This document shows, piece by piece, positions 20,189 through 34,231 of a stretch of DNA of 64,000 nt (within the stretch, counting starts at the first letter, position 1; each line of letters opens with the position of its first letter). The notes under the pieces were generated by a model. That model had not been told where the DNA came from, did not search any database, and saw only the letters and a program-made list of their open reading frames with translations. A program made the translations under genes and the position numbers. Source of the DNA: an uncultured Chloroflexia bacterium. Its GTDB lineage: Bacteria > Chloroflexota > Limnocylindria > Limnocylindrales > CSP1-4. Where the stretch lies: the NCBI GenBank assembly GCA_963810285.1, contig CAWEMV010000002.1:2869643-2933642 (forward strand). Direction: 5' to 3'.

Positions 20189-20492
20189 TCTCACGCAGGA
20201 GCCGGTCGATCGATTCGAGGAACGGCTCGGTCAGCTCGGCCGGCAGGGCGTCGCGCACGGAGTCCTTCGGCCCGTACGCGGCCCGCGCTCGCATCGCGGT
20301 CGAGCGCAGGCCGGGCAGGTCGTCGTCGCGCAGGCGATCGGGCAGCGGCTCGAGGTAGCCGACCCAGCGCTCGATCCCGCCCTCGCGCGCGCCGGCCAGC
20401 AGACGGTCGGCGTGCCGGGCGGCGATCAGGGCGAGGTCGTCGATCGGGCCCAGCTCGTGACGGGCGGGCCCGGCGCGAGCCCGCTCAGGCAT
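20163..20492 (-). CDS. Hypothetical small helical protein (109 aa)
   Basis: The ATG at 20492 overlaps the stop of the upstream gene by 8 nt. The C-terminal 109 aa of ORF 20163..20672 look protein-like, while the upstream part is Arg/Ser shadow. No family recognised. Confidence 0.4.
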   Translation of the reverse strand: MPERARAGPARHELGPIDDLALIAARHADRLLAGAREGGIERWVGYLEPLPDRLRDDDLPGLRSTAMRARAAYGPKDSVRDALPAELTEPFLESIDRLLREINRAAARG

Positions 20493-20931
20493 CGGCCGGC
20501 GACGTCGCCGGTTCCTGGCCTGTGGCGTCGTCCGGCGGCGCAAGCAGCAGCAGCGGGAGCCGCTTGCGCTCCGATCCGTTGACGAGGATGCGGAACGAGT
20601 AGTCGCCAGGCGCCGGGAAGGTGAGGTTCCACAGGTCGATCGAGAACGTGAGCGTCGCGTCGCGACCGTCACGCTGGCTGCGCGCGACGAGGCTGCCGGT
20701 CGCGCCGGCGACCTCGGCGCCGTCCGGATCGAGCAGGACGAAGCGGATGTCGTGCTCGCGCTCGGTCTCGGGCGCTGTCACCTGCAGGCCGATGACCAGC
20801 GCGAGGTGCGGGTGACGGAGCGGGAAGCGCCGCCCGCCGATCCGCGCGATCCCCCCACCGAGGACGTGGAACTTCTGCCCGGGGACGGTCTCGGCCGCGT
20901 CGGCGAGGAACGCGAAATCGATGTCCGGCAC
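20485..20931 (-). CDS. Hypothetical protein (148 aa), possibly DUF6941-like beta-sandwich
   Basis: GTG at 20931 (VPDIDFAFLADAAETVPGQKFHVLGGGIARIG...), with TACGAT 6 nt upstream. The N-terminal FAFLADxAE...GK..VLGGGI pattern recalls the DUF6941 family from memory only. Confidence 0.45.
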   Translation of the reverse strand: MPDIDFAFLADAAETVPGQKFHVLGGGIARIGGRRFPLRHPHLALVIGLQVTAPETEREHDIRFVLLDPDGAEVAGATGSLVARSQRDGRDATLTFSIDLWNLTFPAPGDYSFRILVNGSERKRLPLLLLAPPDDATGQEPATSPADA

Positions 20932-20980
20932 GCGGCTATCGTAGCCCGTGGCTCCCCGCCGGATCCGGTCGGACGCGAGG

Positions 20981-24061
<3,081 letters not shown>

Positions 24062-24105
24062 GGATGGAAGTCTAGCCGATGCAGCCCATTTCGAACAGGT
24101 GTTCG
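24062..24105 (-). promoter_or_regulatory. uvrA promoter: LexA-type SOS box plus a -10 box for a leaderless transcript
   Basis: The palindrome TCGAACAGGTGTTCG lies at 24091-24105 (CGAAC-N4-GTTCG). The minus-strand TAGACT at 24074-24069 lies 7 nt from the GTG at 24061. No SD is present. Confidence 0.75.
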
Positions 24106-24144
24106 TGTCGCGAGCTCGGTGGCCCGGGCACGGGCGGCCGTGCC

Positions 24145-24459
24145 TTAGTGCGGCAGCAGCGTCGCGGTGTTGGTGATCCCGCCGATGAGGCCGGCCGCGA
24201 TGCCGAGGGCGAGCGGCAGGCCACCGACCGCCGCCCAGCGGCCCTTGCCACCGCGGACTGCGGCGGCCACGGCCAGCGCGGCGATGAGCGTCACGAGGGC
24301 GATCTTCGCGGCGACGACGGCCGGGGTGCCGAGGTTGAGGAACAGGTTCTGGATCAGCGGGTTTGCCTCTGCCCCCGCGCCCTTGAGCTGCACCATCGTG
24401 TTGAACGTGGCGAAGTCGAATGCCTGGGCCAGCGCGAGGACGACGACGCGGAGCAGCAC
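24145..24459 (-). CDS. Small 3-TM membrane protein (DUF5658-like)
   Basis: 104 aa with hydrophobic helices and an AEANPL motif (the E.NP motif of DUF5658, recalled from memory). GTG start, with TAGTTT 6 nt upstream. Confidence 0.55.
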   Translation of the reverse strand: MLLRVVVLALAQAFDFATFNTMVQLKGAGAEANPLIQNLFLNLGTPAVVAAKIALVTLIAALAVAAAVRGGKGRWAAVGGLPLALGIAAGLIGGITNTATLLPH

Positions 24460-24578
24460 CCCACAAAACTAGACCGGACCCGTCACCTGTGCATCATCGA
24501 ATCCGGCCCACAGACCCTGAAATCGCAACGAAGCGGTGCGTCCGAACACCAGTCGGGCCTCGAAGCCCCGGTCGACGG

Positions 24579-26957
24579 TCAGCCGCGACGGCGACCCGAT
24601 CGCGCCGGACGCTGTCCGGTGCGCCGGCGGATGTTCGGCGTGACCGAACGATCCCAGGTCGGCCGGTCCAGCCAGCGGGCCTGCCAGCCGCCGTCGTCGT
24701 CGTGCTCGTCACGGATGCCGGGCAGCCAATCCGAGGCGGTCACCTCACCGTCCGGCTCGCCGCTCGGCTCGGTCGTCACGCCCGGCTCCTCCTCGGCGGG
24801 CAGCACGGTCACGCTGGTCACCTCGAGGAGCGGAGCCGCCGTGGCCGCCTCCTCCGCCGCACGTCGACCGCGGGCCCGATCGGCGGCGCCGGTCAGGCCG
24901 GTCGCGGCGGCGGCGCCGGCGGCACGCTCGGCAGCACGCGCCACCATCACCGACGCGTCCTGCTCGAGCACGCGCAGGCGGACCGCCTGGATCTCGTCCC
25001 GGAGCGCTGCCGCCCGCTCGAACTCGAGCTCCTTGGCAGCGCCCCGCATCTCCGCCTCCATCCGGCTGACGAGCGCCTCGACCTTCACTCGGTCGGCCTC
25101 GTCGAACGGCCGGCCGCCCTCCCGTTCGGAGGTGTAGACGACGGTCGATTCGGCCACGGCGCGCAGCCGCTGGTTCAGGTCGTGGATGCCCTTGACGATC
25201 GTCGTCGGCTCGATGCCCTTCTCGACGTTGTACGCCGCCTGGACGGCCCGCCGCCGGTCGGTCTCGTCGATCGCCACCTGCATCGATTCGGTGACCCGGT
25301 CGGCGTACATGATCACCTCGCCGCCGATGTTCCGGGCTGCGCGCCCGATCATCTGGATCAGCGACCAGGCCGAGCGCAGGAACCCCTCCTTGTCGGCGTC
25401 GAGGATGGCGACGAGGGTCACCTCGGGCAGGTCGATCCCCTCGCGCAGCAGGTTGATGCCCACCAGCACGTCGAACACGCCGAGGCGAAGGTCACGCAGG
25501 ATCGCGACGCGCTCGAGCGTGTCGACCTCGCTGTGGAGGTACTGGACCTTGACGCCCAGCTCCTTCAGGTAGTCGGCCAGGTCCTCCGCCATCTTCTTGG
25601 TGAGCGTCGTGACCAGCGCCCGTTCCCCGCGCTCGACCCGCGTCCGGACCTCCTCGAGCAGGTCGTCGATCTGGCCCTCGGTCGGCTTGACGGTCACCGG
25701 CGGATCGACGATGCCGGTCGGCCGGATGAGCTGCTGCACGATCTGGCCCTTGCTGCGCTCGAGCTCGTACGGGCCGGGTGTCGCGCTCATGAAGATGGCC
25801 TGGTTGACCGAGCCCTCGAACTCCTCGAACGTCAGCGGCCGGTTGTCGAGCGCCGACGGCAGGCGGAACCCGAAGTCGACGAGGATCTCCTTGCGGGTGC
25901 GGTCGTTCTTGTACATGCCGACGACCTGCGGGACCGTCATGTGCGATTCGTCGACGACGAGCAGCCAGTCCGGCGGGAAGTAGTCGAGCAGCGTCCACGG
26001 GCGCGACCCGGCCTCGCGCCGGGCGAGGTGGCGAGAGTAATTCTCGACGCCCGTGCAGTAGCCAAGCTCGCGGAGCATCTCGAGGTCGAACGTCGTCCGC
26101 TGGCGCAGACGGGCCCCCTCGAGCGCCCGGCCCTCGGCCTCGAGCTGGCCGACACGGACCTCCATCTCGGCCTCGATGTCGACGATCGCCTCGCGCAGCT
26201 TGTCGGCGGGCGTCACGAAGTGGGTCGCCGGATAGACGTTGGTCTCGCGTCGCTCGGTGAGCAGCTCGCCGGTCAGCGGGTCGAGCTCGGTGATGCGCTC
26301 GACCTCATCGCCGAAGAACTCGACCCGCACGACGAACTCCTCCGACGCCGGCTGGAGCTCGAGCGTGTCGCCGCGGACCCGGAACCGGGCGCGACCGAGC
26401 GCCTGGTCGTTGCGCTGGTACTGGAGGTCGACGAGGTGGCGGAGGACCGCGTCGCGCCGGTACTTGCCGCCCGTCCGCAGCTTCAGCACGGTCGCGCCGT
26501 AGTCGACCGGCGCGCCGAGCCCGTAGATGCACGACACGCTGGCGACGATGATCACGTCCCGCCGCTCGAACAGCGCATGGGTCGCCGCATGGCGGAGTCG
26601 GTCGATCTCGTCGTTGCGCGACGAGTCCTTCTCGATGTAGGTGTCGCTGCGGGGCAGGTATGCCTCGGGCTGGTAGTAGTCGAAGTAGCTCACGAAGTAC
26701 TCGACCGCGTTGTTCGGGAAGAACTCGCGGAACTCCGCGTAGAGCTGCGCCGCGAGCGTCTTGTTGTGGGCGAGGACCAGCGTCGGCTTGTTGTGCTTGG
26801 CGATGGTCCACGCGAGCGTCGCGGTCTTGCCCGTGCCGGTCGCGCCGAGCAGCACCTGGTGCTGCAGTCCACGGGCGAGGCCGTCGGTCAGCCGGTCGAT
26901 CGCCGCCGGCTGGTCGCCCGTCGGTTCGAATGGGGCGACGAGGTCGAAGTCGGGCAC
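24579..26957 (-). CDS. uvrB: Excinuclease ABC subunit B (with a 125-aa C-terminal tail)
   Basis: [33 protein letters not shown], and the UVR domain [15 protein letters not shown] chose the GTG at 26957 (VPDFDLV...). TAGACT lies 7 nt upstream of it, and the SOS box lies inside the longer ATG-27050 version. Confidence 0.93.
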   Translation of the reverse strand: MPDFDLVAPFEPTGDQPAAIDRLTDGLARGLQHQVLLGATGTGKTATLAWTIAKHNKPTLVLAHNKTLAAQLYAEFREFFPNNAVEYFVSYFDYYQPEAYLPRSDTYIEKDSSRNDEIDRLRHAATHALFERRDVIIVASVSCIYGLGAPVDYGATVLKLRTGGKYRRDAVLRHLVDLQYQRNDQALGRARFRVRGDTLELQPASEEFVVRVEFFGDEVERITELDPLTGELLTERRETNVYPATHFVTPADKLREAIVDIEAEMEVRVGQLEAEGRALEGARLRQRTTFDLEMLRELGYCTGVENYSRHLARREAGSRPWTLLDYFPPDWLLVVDESHMTVPQVVGMYKNDRTRKEILVDFGFRLPSALDNRPLTFEEFEGSVNQAIFMSATPGPYELERSKGQIVQQLIRPTGIVDPPVTVKPTEGQIDDLLEEVRTRVERGERALVTTLTKKMAEDLADYLKELGVKVQYLHSEVDTLERVAILRDLRLGVFDVLVGINLLREGIDLPEVTLVAILDADKEGFLRSAWSLIQMIGRAARNIGGEVIMYADRVTESMQVAIDETDRRRAVQAAYNVEKGIEPTTIVKGIHDLNQRLRAVAESTVVYTSEREGGRPFDEADRVKVEALVSRMEAEMRGAAKELEFERAAALRDEIQAVRLRVLEQDASVMVARAAERAAGAAAATGLTGAADRARGRRAAEEAATAAPLLEVTSVTVLPAEEEPGVTTEPSGEPDGEVTASDWLPGIRDEHDDDGGWQARWLDRPTWDRSVTPNIRRRTGQRPARSGRRRG

Positions 26958-27004
26958 GCTCGAAAGTCTAGCACCCGTCGGCCGAGTTTCGAACGCACGT
27001 TCGG
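26958..27004 (-). promoter_or_regulatory. uvrB promoter: LexA-type SOS box plus a -10 box for a leaderless transcript
   Basis: TCGAACGCACGTTCGG lies at 26989-27004. The minus-strand TAGACT at 26970-26965 lies 7 nt from the GTG at 26957. The architecture matches uvrA. Confidence 0.75.
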
Positions 27005-27114
27005 TGTCGCCATACCCCACTCGCCGGGCCACGTGGTACGGATTGGTCATACCGGGCAGGGCCGCCTGGGCCGGACACTCGCACGGTCGCCACGCTGGAG
27101 AACCACGTCCGCCG

Positions 27115-27633
27115 ATGCATGTCCGCCGCCGTCACGCTACACAAGGCCAGAGCCTTGTCGAGTTCTCGTTCGTCCTGATGCCCCTCTTCGTGATCATCCT
27201 GGGCATCGTCCAGTTCGGGTTCATCTTCAACGCCTACGTGACGATCACCAACGCGGCTCGAGAGGGCGCCCGCAACGGGACGGTGTACGTCTACGACGCC
27301 GGGATGTCGAAGGCACAGAACGATCTGGCGCGCCACGAGTTGATCCGTTCGTCCCTGCTCGCATCGATGAACCTGCTGGCGAAGACGTCCCCGAACTTCG
27401 CGACGACGTCGACATGGACGCAGAGCGGTTCGACGTTCACGAACGGCGACCTCATCGTGAGCTACGTCCTCCCGACCGGGACGAGCGACACGGACGCCCG
27501 CGTCGGCCAGCAGATCACGGTCCGAGCGATCTACCACCAGGACCTGGTCATCCCGCTGGTCAACCAGCTCCTGCCGAAGGACGCCAACGGTCGGCTCGGA
27601 CTTCGGTCCGAGGTGACGATGGTGGCCAACTGA
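27115..27633 (+). CDS. TadE-like pseudopilin / pilus assembly protein
   Basis: The N-terminus [35 protein letters not shown] is the TadE-type class III signal/hydrophobic segment. 172 aa. Confidence 0.8.
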   Translation: MHVRRRHATQGQSLVEFSFVLMPLFVIILGIVQFGFIFNAYVTITNAAREGARNGTVYVYDAGMSKAQNDLARHELIRSSLLASMNLLAKTSPNFATTSTWTQSGSTFTNGDLIVSYVLPTGTSDTDARVGQQITVRAIYHQDLVIPLVNQLLPKDANGRLGLRSEVTMVAN

Positions 27634-29549
27634 TGGGCGGGACCCGTCGCACTGCCCGCCGCGGCGATCGTGGCCAGGTCGTCGTGCTCTTCGCGGTCTC
27701 GTTGATCGGCATCATGGCGGCCGCCGGGTTGGCGATCGACGTCGGTCGGCTCTACAGCGAGAAGCGCTTCCTGCAGAATGCCGCCGACTCGGGTGCGCTG
27801 GCCGTAGCCAACGCGCTCATCCGCGGTGAGTCGAACGCCGACGCCGAGGCCGAGGGTCGCGATGTCCTCGCCCGCAACCTGATCGGCAGCCCGACCGGGT
27901 CCATCGGGTCCGTAGCGCTGACGCCACAATACGAGACCGGTCATCCCGGCGATCCCGATTTCCTCTCAAGCGGGATCCTGATCTCCGGCGGCAACATCCG
28001 CGTCGCGGTCAAGAGCGACGTGAGCTATACGCTCGGACGCGTCATCGGTCTCGGGACGGCCGTCGTGGGCGGCCTGGCCCGCGTCATGAGCCGGGGCGAC
28101 CTCCTTCCGATCGCTGTCCGTCATTACGTCAACGCCCCCGGGCCGTTCGCCGGCGCCGTGGCCCCGTGCGACGGCAACGGCAACCACTTCCAGGACCTTG
28201 TCGCGACGGCCGACACCGCGTGTCTCGGCAGCGTGAGCGACGCCTCACTGCGGAGCACGCCGAATCCCGGCCTGCCGTTCAACGCGACGACTCCGGACGA
28301 CGATCCGGTCAACCACGGCCCGATCATCGCGCTCGTCGGCCAGGGCGCCGCGCCGTCCAACGCGGCCAGCTTTCGCGGCTTCGTCGCGCTCGACATCCGG
28401 AACTTCCAGAGTGCGTCGCCACCCTCCAACGTCTTCTACAACGGTGTGACGGCCGGCACCAACGCGAACACCCTCAAGGCGATGGAGGCGGGCTGGATCG
28501 CGGGGGGCTATCCGGGTCCCGACTTCCCGCCGGTCACCGTGCCGCCCGACCCCAACGACCAGATCGCGATCATCGACGGGAACTCGTCGGGGATCATCAT
28601 CGACGCCATCGACGAGCGGTACAGCCCGGGCCAGGAGATCCTGGCGGCGGTCTACTCGGGGACCGTGTCGAACATCCCCGACTTCGCCTACACGGTCGCC
28701 AGCACAGCGACGATCAACACCAACCAGACGCGCAACAACACGATCACGATGAACGTGACGAAGAACTCCGCGTTCACCGGCGTCGTCTCGACGAGTGCGT
28801 TCCCGGACTGGGGCGACCCCGCCCATCCTTGGGCCACGACGCTCACGCCGATGACGTTCAACCCGAGCCCGCTGACCCCGAACGGCACGGTCACGTGGTC
28901 GACGTTCCAGACCACCGGGGCGCCGCAGGGCGTGTACACCGTGTGGATCCAGGGCCACTCATCGTCACCCGTGCTGCTCGATCACTACTACCCGGTCGGC
29001 ATCGCCATCGGCAGCGTGAATCGCGACTTCTCGACGAGTGCTGGAGCGAACATCGCCATCGCCAACACCGGCGGCTCGGGCTCCGCCAACGTGACGGTGA
29101 GCACGACCAACAACAACGGCACGTTCTTCGGGGGCACCGTCAATCTCAGCGTCGAGGGCGGCGCCGATGCAAACGGCGTCCTGCCCACCGGCATCGGCAC
29201 GGTCAGCGTCAGCCCCTCGACCATCACCCTCAACAAGGGAACGTCCCAGACCGCGACCGTGTCGGTCAACGGCGGGACCCTCGGACCTGGTGTCTACTCC
29301 TTGACGCTGCGAGTGACGGGCACGAACTCCAACGGCCAGCCGGTCACCCGCCTCGTCCCGATCACGATGACGATCGCGACCGCCAGCACCTCGAACGAGT
29401 ACGTCGACATCCTCGGCTTCACCACATTCCGGATCACGTCCATCGACAGCAACTCGGTCTTTGGCTACGCCATCTCGGGCGTCTACAGCGACATGAACGA
29501 CCCCGCGTTGCGCCGCGGTCAGGTGGCGCGACTCGTGCCCTGGAACTAG
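27633..29549 (+). CDS. Large TadG-like protein (638 aa) with an unassigned, Ig-like-repeat-rich C-terminal region
   Basis: The start ATG overlaps the tadE stop (TGATG). The N-terminus is RGDRGQVVVLFAVSLIGIMAAAGLAIDVGRLYSEKRFLQNAADSGALAVA. This is the 3' 1.9 kb of the chimeric 1709-aa ORF 24420..29549. Confidence 0.75.
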   Translation: MGGTRRTARRGDRGQVVVLFAVSLIGIMAAAGLAIDVGRLYSEKRFLQNAADSGALAVANALIRGESNADAEAEGRDVLARNLIGSPTGSIGSVALTPQYETGHPGDPDFLSSGILISGGNIRVAVKSDVSYTLGRVIGLGTAVVGGLARVMSRGDLLPIAVRHYVNAPGPFAGAVAPCDGNGNHFQDLVATADTACLGSVSDASLRSTPNPGLPFNATTPDDDPVNHGPIIALVGQGAAPSNAASFRGFVALDIRNFQSASPPSNVFYNGVTAGTNANTLKAMEAGWIAGGYPGPDFPPVTVPPDPNDQIAIIDGNSSGIIIDAIDERYSPGQEILAAVYSGTVSNIPDFAYTVASTATINTNQTRNNTITMNVTKNSAFTGVVSTSAFPDWGDPAHPWATTLTPMTFNPSPLTPNGTVTWSTFQTTGAPQGVYTVWIQGHSSSPVLLDHYYPVGIAIGSVNRDFSTSAGANIAIANTGGSGSANVTVSTTNNNGTFFGGTVNLSVEGGADANGVLPTGIGTVSVSPSTITLNKGTSQTATVSVNGGTLGPGVYSLTLRVTGTNSNGQPVTRLVPITMTIATASTSNEYVDILGFTTFRITSIDSNSVFGYAISGVYSDMNDPALRRGQVARLVPWN

Positions 29550-29589
29550 CCGCGCGGGCGCGGCATCAACGAAATCGGAGGCAACTCAC

Positions 29590-30486
29590 GTGGAGATGGA
29601 GTACAAGGACCCCAGCCATCGCGGTCGCTGGATCGTCGTCATCGGGGTCGTCCTCGCTGTCGCCGCCGGCAGCGGCGCGTTCTACCTCATCAACAACGCG
29701 CAGCAGCAGGCCGGTCAGGCCGGCCTGCAGAAGGTGGCGGTCGTCGTCGCGGTCCAGACGATCCCGGCGCGCAAGATCATCGAGCCGACCGACGTCGCCG
29801 TCCGCGAGGTCCCGCTTGACGAGACCAACGCTCAAGGGATCGCGTCCACACCGGACAAGGTCATCGGGCGCATCCCGGCGGTCGCCATCCTGACGGGCCA
29901 GATGGTCACTACCAACCTGCTCGCCTCGAGTGCCGAGGGCGGCCAGTTCTCGATCCTCGGACCAGAAGAAGCCGCGGACGGCGACGCGCCCGAGTGGCGG
30001 GCGATCTCGATGACGGTTCCCGACGACCGCGCCGTCGGCGGGATGCTCACGCCGAACCAGACGGTCGACGTGTTCGTCACCGCGAGCGTGAACGTTTTCA
30101 CCGACTCGTCCGTGGGGCTCGGCGACAAGGGCTACTACACCGACAAGTCGACCAAGCTGTCGTACCAGAACATGCTGATCCTCGCCAAGTCGGGCACGTT
30201 CTACGTGCTCAAGGCACCGCTCGACATCGCTGAGGAGATCTCGCACCTGCAGGCGAGCGGCACCGCGGGCTTCAGCTTCGCGCTGCGCCCCGACGTCGAT
30301 ACCCGCCAGGTCGATGCCTCGTCCCTTGGCACGACGACCAACCGGGTCATCATCCGCTACGGGCTGCCGATCCCGGTCGCCTTCCCGCCGGCGTCCGGCC
30401 CTGTGCCGACGCCCAAGCCGACGCCGGTCCAGACACCTGCGCCGACGCTCTCACCCGCCGAGTCTCCCGCCCCGAGCCCGTCCTAG
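29590..30486 (+). CDS. cpaB: Flp pilus assembly protein CpaB/RcpC-like
   Basis: The TM helix (RWIVVIGVVLAVAAGSGAFYL) is followed by a SAF-like segment (VAVVVAVQTIPARKIIEPTDVAVREVP). The tail is Pro-rich. A GGAGG SD lies 8 nt before the GTG. Confidence 0.8.
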   Translation: MEMEYKDPSHRGRWIVVIGVVLAVAAGSGAFYLINNAQQQAGQAGLQKVAVVVAVQTIPARKIIEPTDVAVREVPLDETNAQGIASTPDKVIGRIPAVAILTGQMVTTNLLASSAEGGQFSILGPEEAADGDAPEWRAISMTVPDDRAVGGMLTPNQTVDVFVTASVNVFTDSSVGLGDKGYYTDKSTKLSYQNMLILAKSGTFYVLKAPLDIAEEISHLQASGTAGFSFALRPDVDTRQVDASSLGTTTNRVIIRYGLPIPVAFPPASGPVPTPKPTPVQTPAPTLSPAESPAPSPS

Positions 30487-30540
30487 GCCCGCGCCAGCGC
30501 GGCCACATTGGATCGGCGCCGCTGACCCGGCGCGCCTCCA

Positions 30541-30579
30541 GGGCCGTCCGGGCCACCCGCTGCGGGGCCCGGACGGCCC
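30541..30579. terminator. Bidirectional hairpin between convergent cpaB and coaE
   Basis: A perfect 14-bp inverted repeat: GGGCCGTCCGGGCC (30541-30554) and GGCCCGGACGGCCC (30566-30579), with an 11-nt loop. There is no U-tract. Confidence 0.5.
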
Positions 30580-30593
30580 CCTTGACGCCTGAC

Positions 30594-31195
30594 TCATGCC
30601 CGACGGAGCGCGTGGTCGAGCAGCGCGTCGACCTCGACGCGTGTGCTCGTCGCGACGCCGCTCGTGTCGACGACCCTCGTCGCCCTCGTCTGCGACCGTG
30701 CAGTCAGGTCGCCCTGGGCGGCGATCCGCGCGTCCGCATCGTCGGTGACGTCACCGCGACCGACCAGGCGCTCGCGCTGGGTGACCGGGTCACACGTCAC
30801 CAGCCAGATCTCATCGCACAGCTCGGCCAGCCCGCCTTCCACGAGCTTGATCGCTTCGATGACGACGGCACGGGCGCCGATCGCCTCGGCATGCTCGATC
30901 GCGGCAAGGATCCGTGGCCGGACGGCAGGGTGGACGATACCTTCGAGATCGCGCAACGCTGCCGGGTCGGCGAAGACGATGCGCCCGAGCTCCGCCCGGT
31001 CCAGCTCCCCGTTCGGCCGTCGGAGTGTCGCGCCGAACCGCGCGTAGACGGCCTCGACTTCCGGCGTCTCCGGGGCCAGCACCAATCGCGCCTCGTGGTC
31101 GGCGTCGACGACGGCCACACCGTGACGCTCGCCGAGCCACCGTGCGACGGTCGACTTGCCGCAACCGATGGGGCCGGTGATCCCGATGCGGACCG

Positions 31196-31199
<4 letters not shown>
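30594..31199 (-). CDS. coaE: Dephospho-CoA kinase
   Basis: MTVRIGITGPIGCGKSTVARWL. The GTG start overlaps the ABC-F stop (GTGA). Confidence 0.9.
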
Positions 31200-33177
<1,978 letters not shown>

Positions 33178-33178
<1 letters not shown>

Positions 33179-34224
33179 CAGGCGTCGGCCTCGCCTATCG
33201 CGGCACGGGCCGCGGCGCGCCGGCTGGCCGCTGCGCGTCGCGTGCGCTCCGTGCGGGCGATCGCATCGGCACCGTCCTGATCGCCGGCGTCGAGCTCGGT
33301 CCAGCGGCGCCCGCGCCGGACCCCGCCGCCGGTCATCGACCGGAGGACGGCCCGCGACGACCGCCGGTCGGAGGCGGACAGCCGCTGGCACCAGGAGCAG
33401 AAGTGCGTCGACCGGGCGCCGACCACGATCCGCTTGATCGGATGGCCGCAGCGCCGGCAGGGCTCGCCGGTCCGCTGGTAGACGTCGAGCCGCTCCTGCA
33501 TCGAGCCGTCGCCGTCGGGGGCGGTGTAGTCATCGATGGACGAGCCGCGACGCTCGACCGCCTCGCCGAGGACCGCACGGATCGTCCGGTACAGCCGGCC
33601 CTCGTCCGGCGGCCGCAGCGACGGCGCCGAGCGCAACGGGTGGAGCCGGGCGCGCCACAGCGCCTCGTCGGCATAGATGTTCCCGACACCCGCCACGAAC
33701 GACTGGTCGGTGAGCAGCGGCTTGAGCCGGCCCTTGCGTCGACGGATCCGTCGGCGGAAGTCCTTGACCGTGAACGCATCGTCGAGCGGCTCGGGCCCCA
33801 CCGCGGCGAACACCGCCGCACCGCCGGCGGCCTCGACCAGCTCGCCGGTCAGCGGATCGCGGCCGTACAGCCCGATCCTGCCGAACTTCCGGATGTCGCG
33901 GAAGCGCAGCTCCCGACCGTCGGCCAGCTCGAGGACGACCCGCACGTACGAGTCCTCGGCGCTCTCGCCCGGGACGACGAAGAGCTGGCCGGTCATCTTG
34001 AGGTGGATCGTCAGGGCGGCATCCCCGCTCAGCTCGATGACGACCTGCTTGCCCCGCCGCCCCACGGCCATGACCGACCGACCGGCCACCCCATCGGCGA
34101 ATGCGACCGGATCCTGCGAGCGCAGCGTCCGGGCCCAGTTCGTGCGAGCGCCGACGAACGTCGCTCCGACGATGCGCGGGCGGAGGTCGCGCGCGACGGT
34201 CTCGACCTCGGGAAGCTCGGGCAT
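33178..34224 (-). CDS. mutM: Formamidopyrimidine-DNA glycosylase (with a ~68-aa C-terminal tail)
   Basis: MPELPEVETVARDL, an H2TH region, and the zinc finger CRRCGHPI...THFCSWCQ. Confidence 0.9.
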
Positions 34225-34231
34225 CGCCGAC

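Noticed and set aside
20163-20931. A toxin-antitoxin reading of the overlapping small gene pair
   Set aside because: Neither protein shows a known toxin fold motif (PIN, RelE, HicA, Fic, GNAT) or an antitoxin DNA-binding motif (RHH, HTH, AbrB). Size and overlap alone are insufficient.
26958-27050. The ATG at 27050 as the uvrB start (ORF-track version, 823 aa)
   Set aside because: The extra 31 codons contain the SOS operator and the TAGACT -10 box. The conserved UvrB N-terminus begins right at the GTG at 26957, with the same geometry as uvrA.
24420-29549. A 1709-aa plus-strand ORF, the longest in the track
   Set aside because: It is a chimera. The first ~3.2 kb is the antisense shadow of uvrB, is Arg/Gly/Pro/Asp-rich, and has no motifs. 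Only the last 1.9 kb (from the ATG at 27633) is a real TadG-like gene. The ORF also runs across the tadE gene in another frame.
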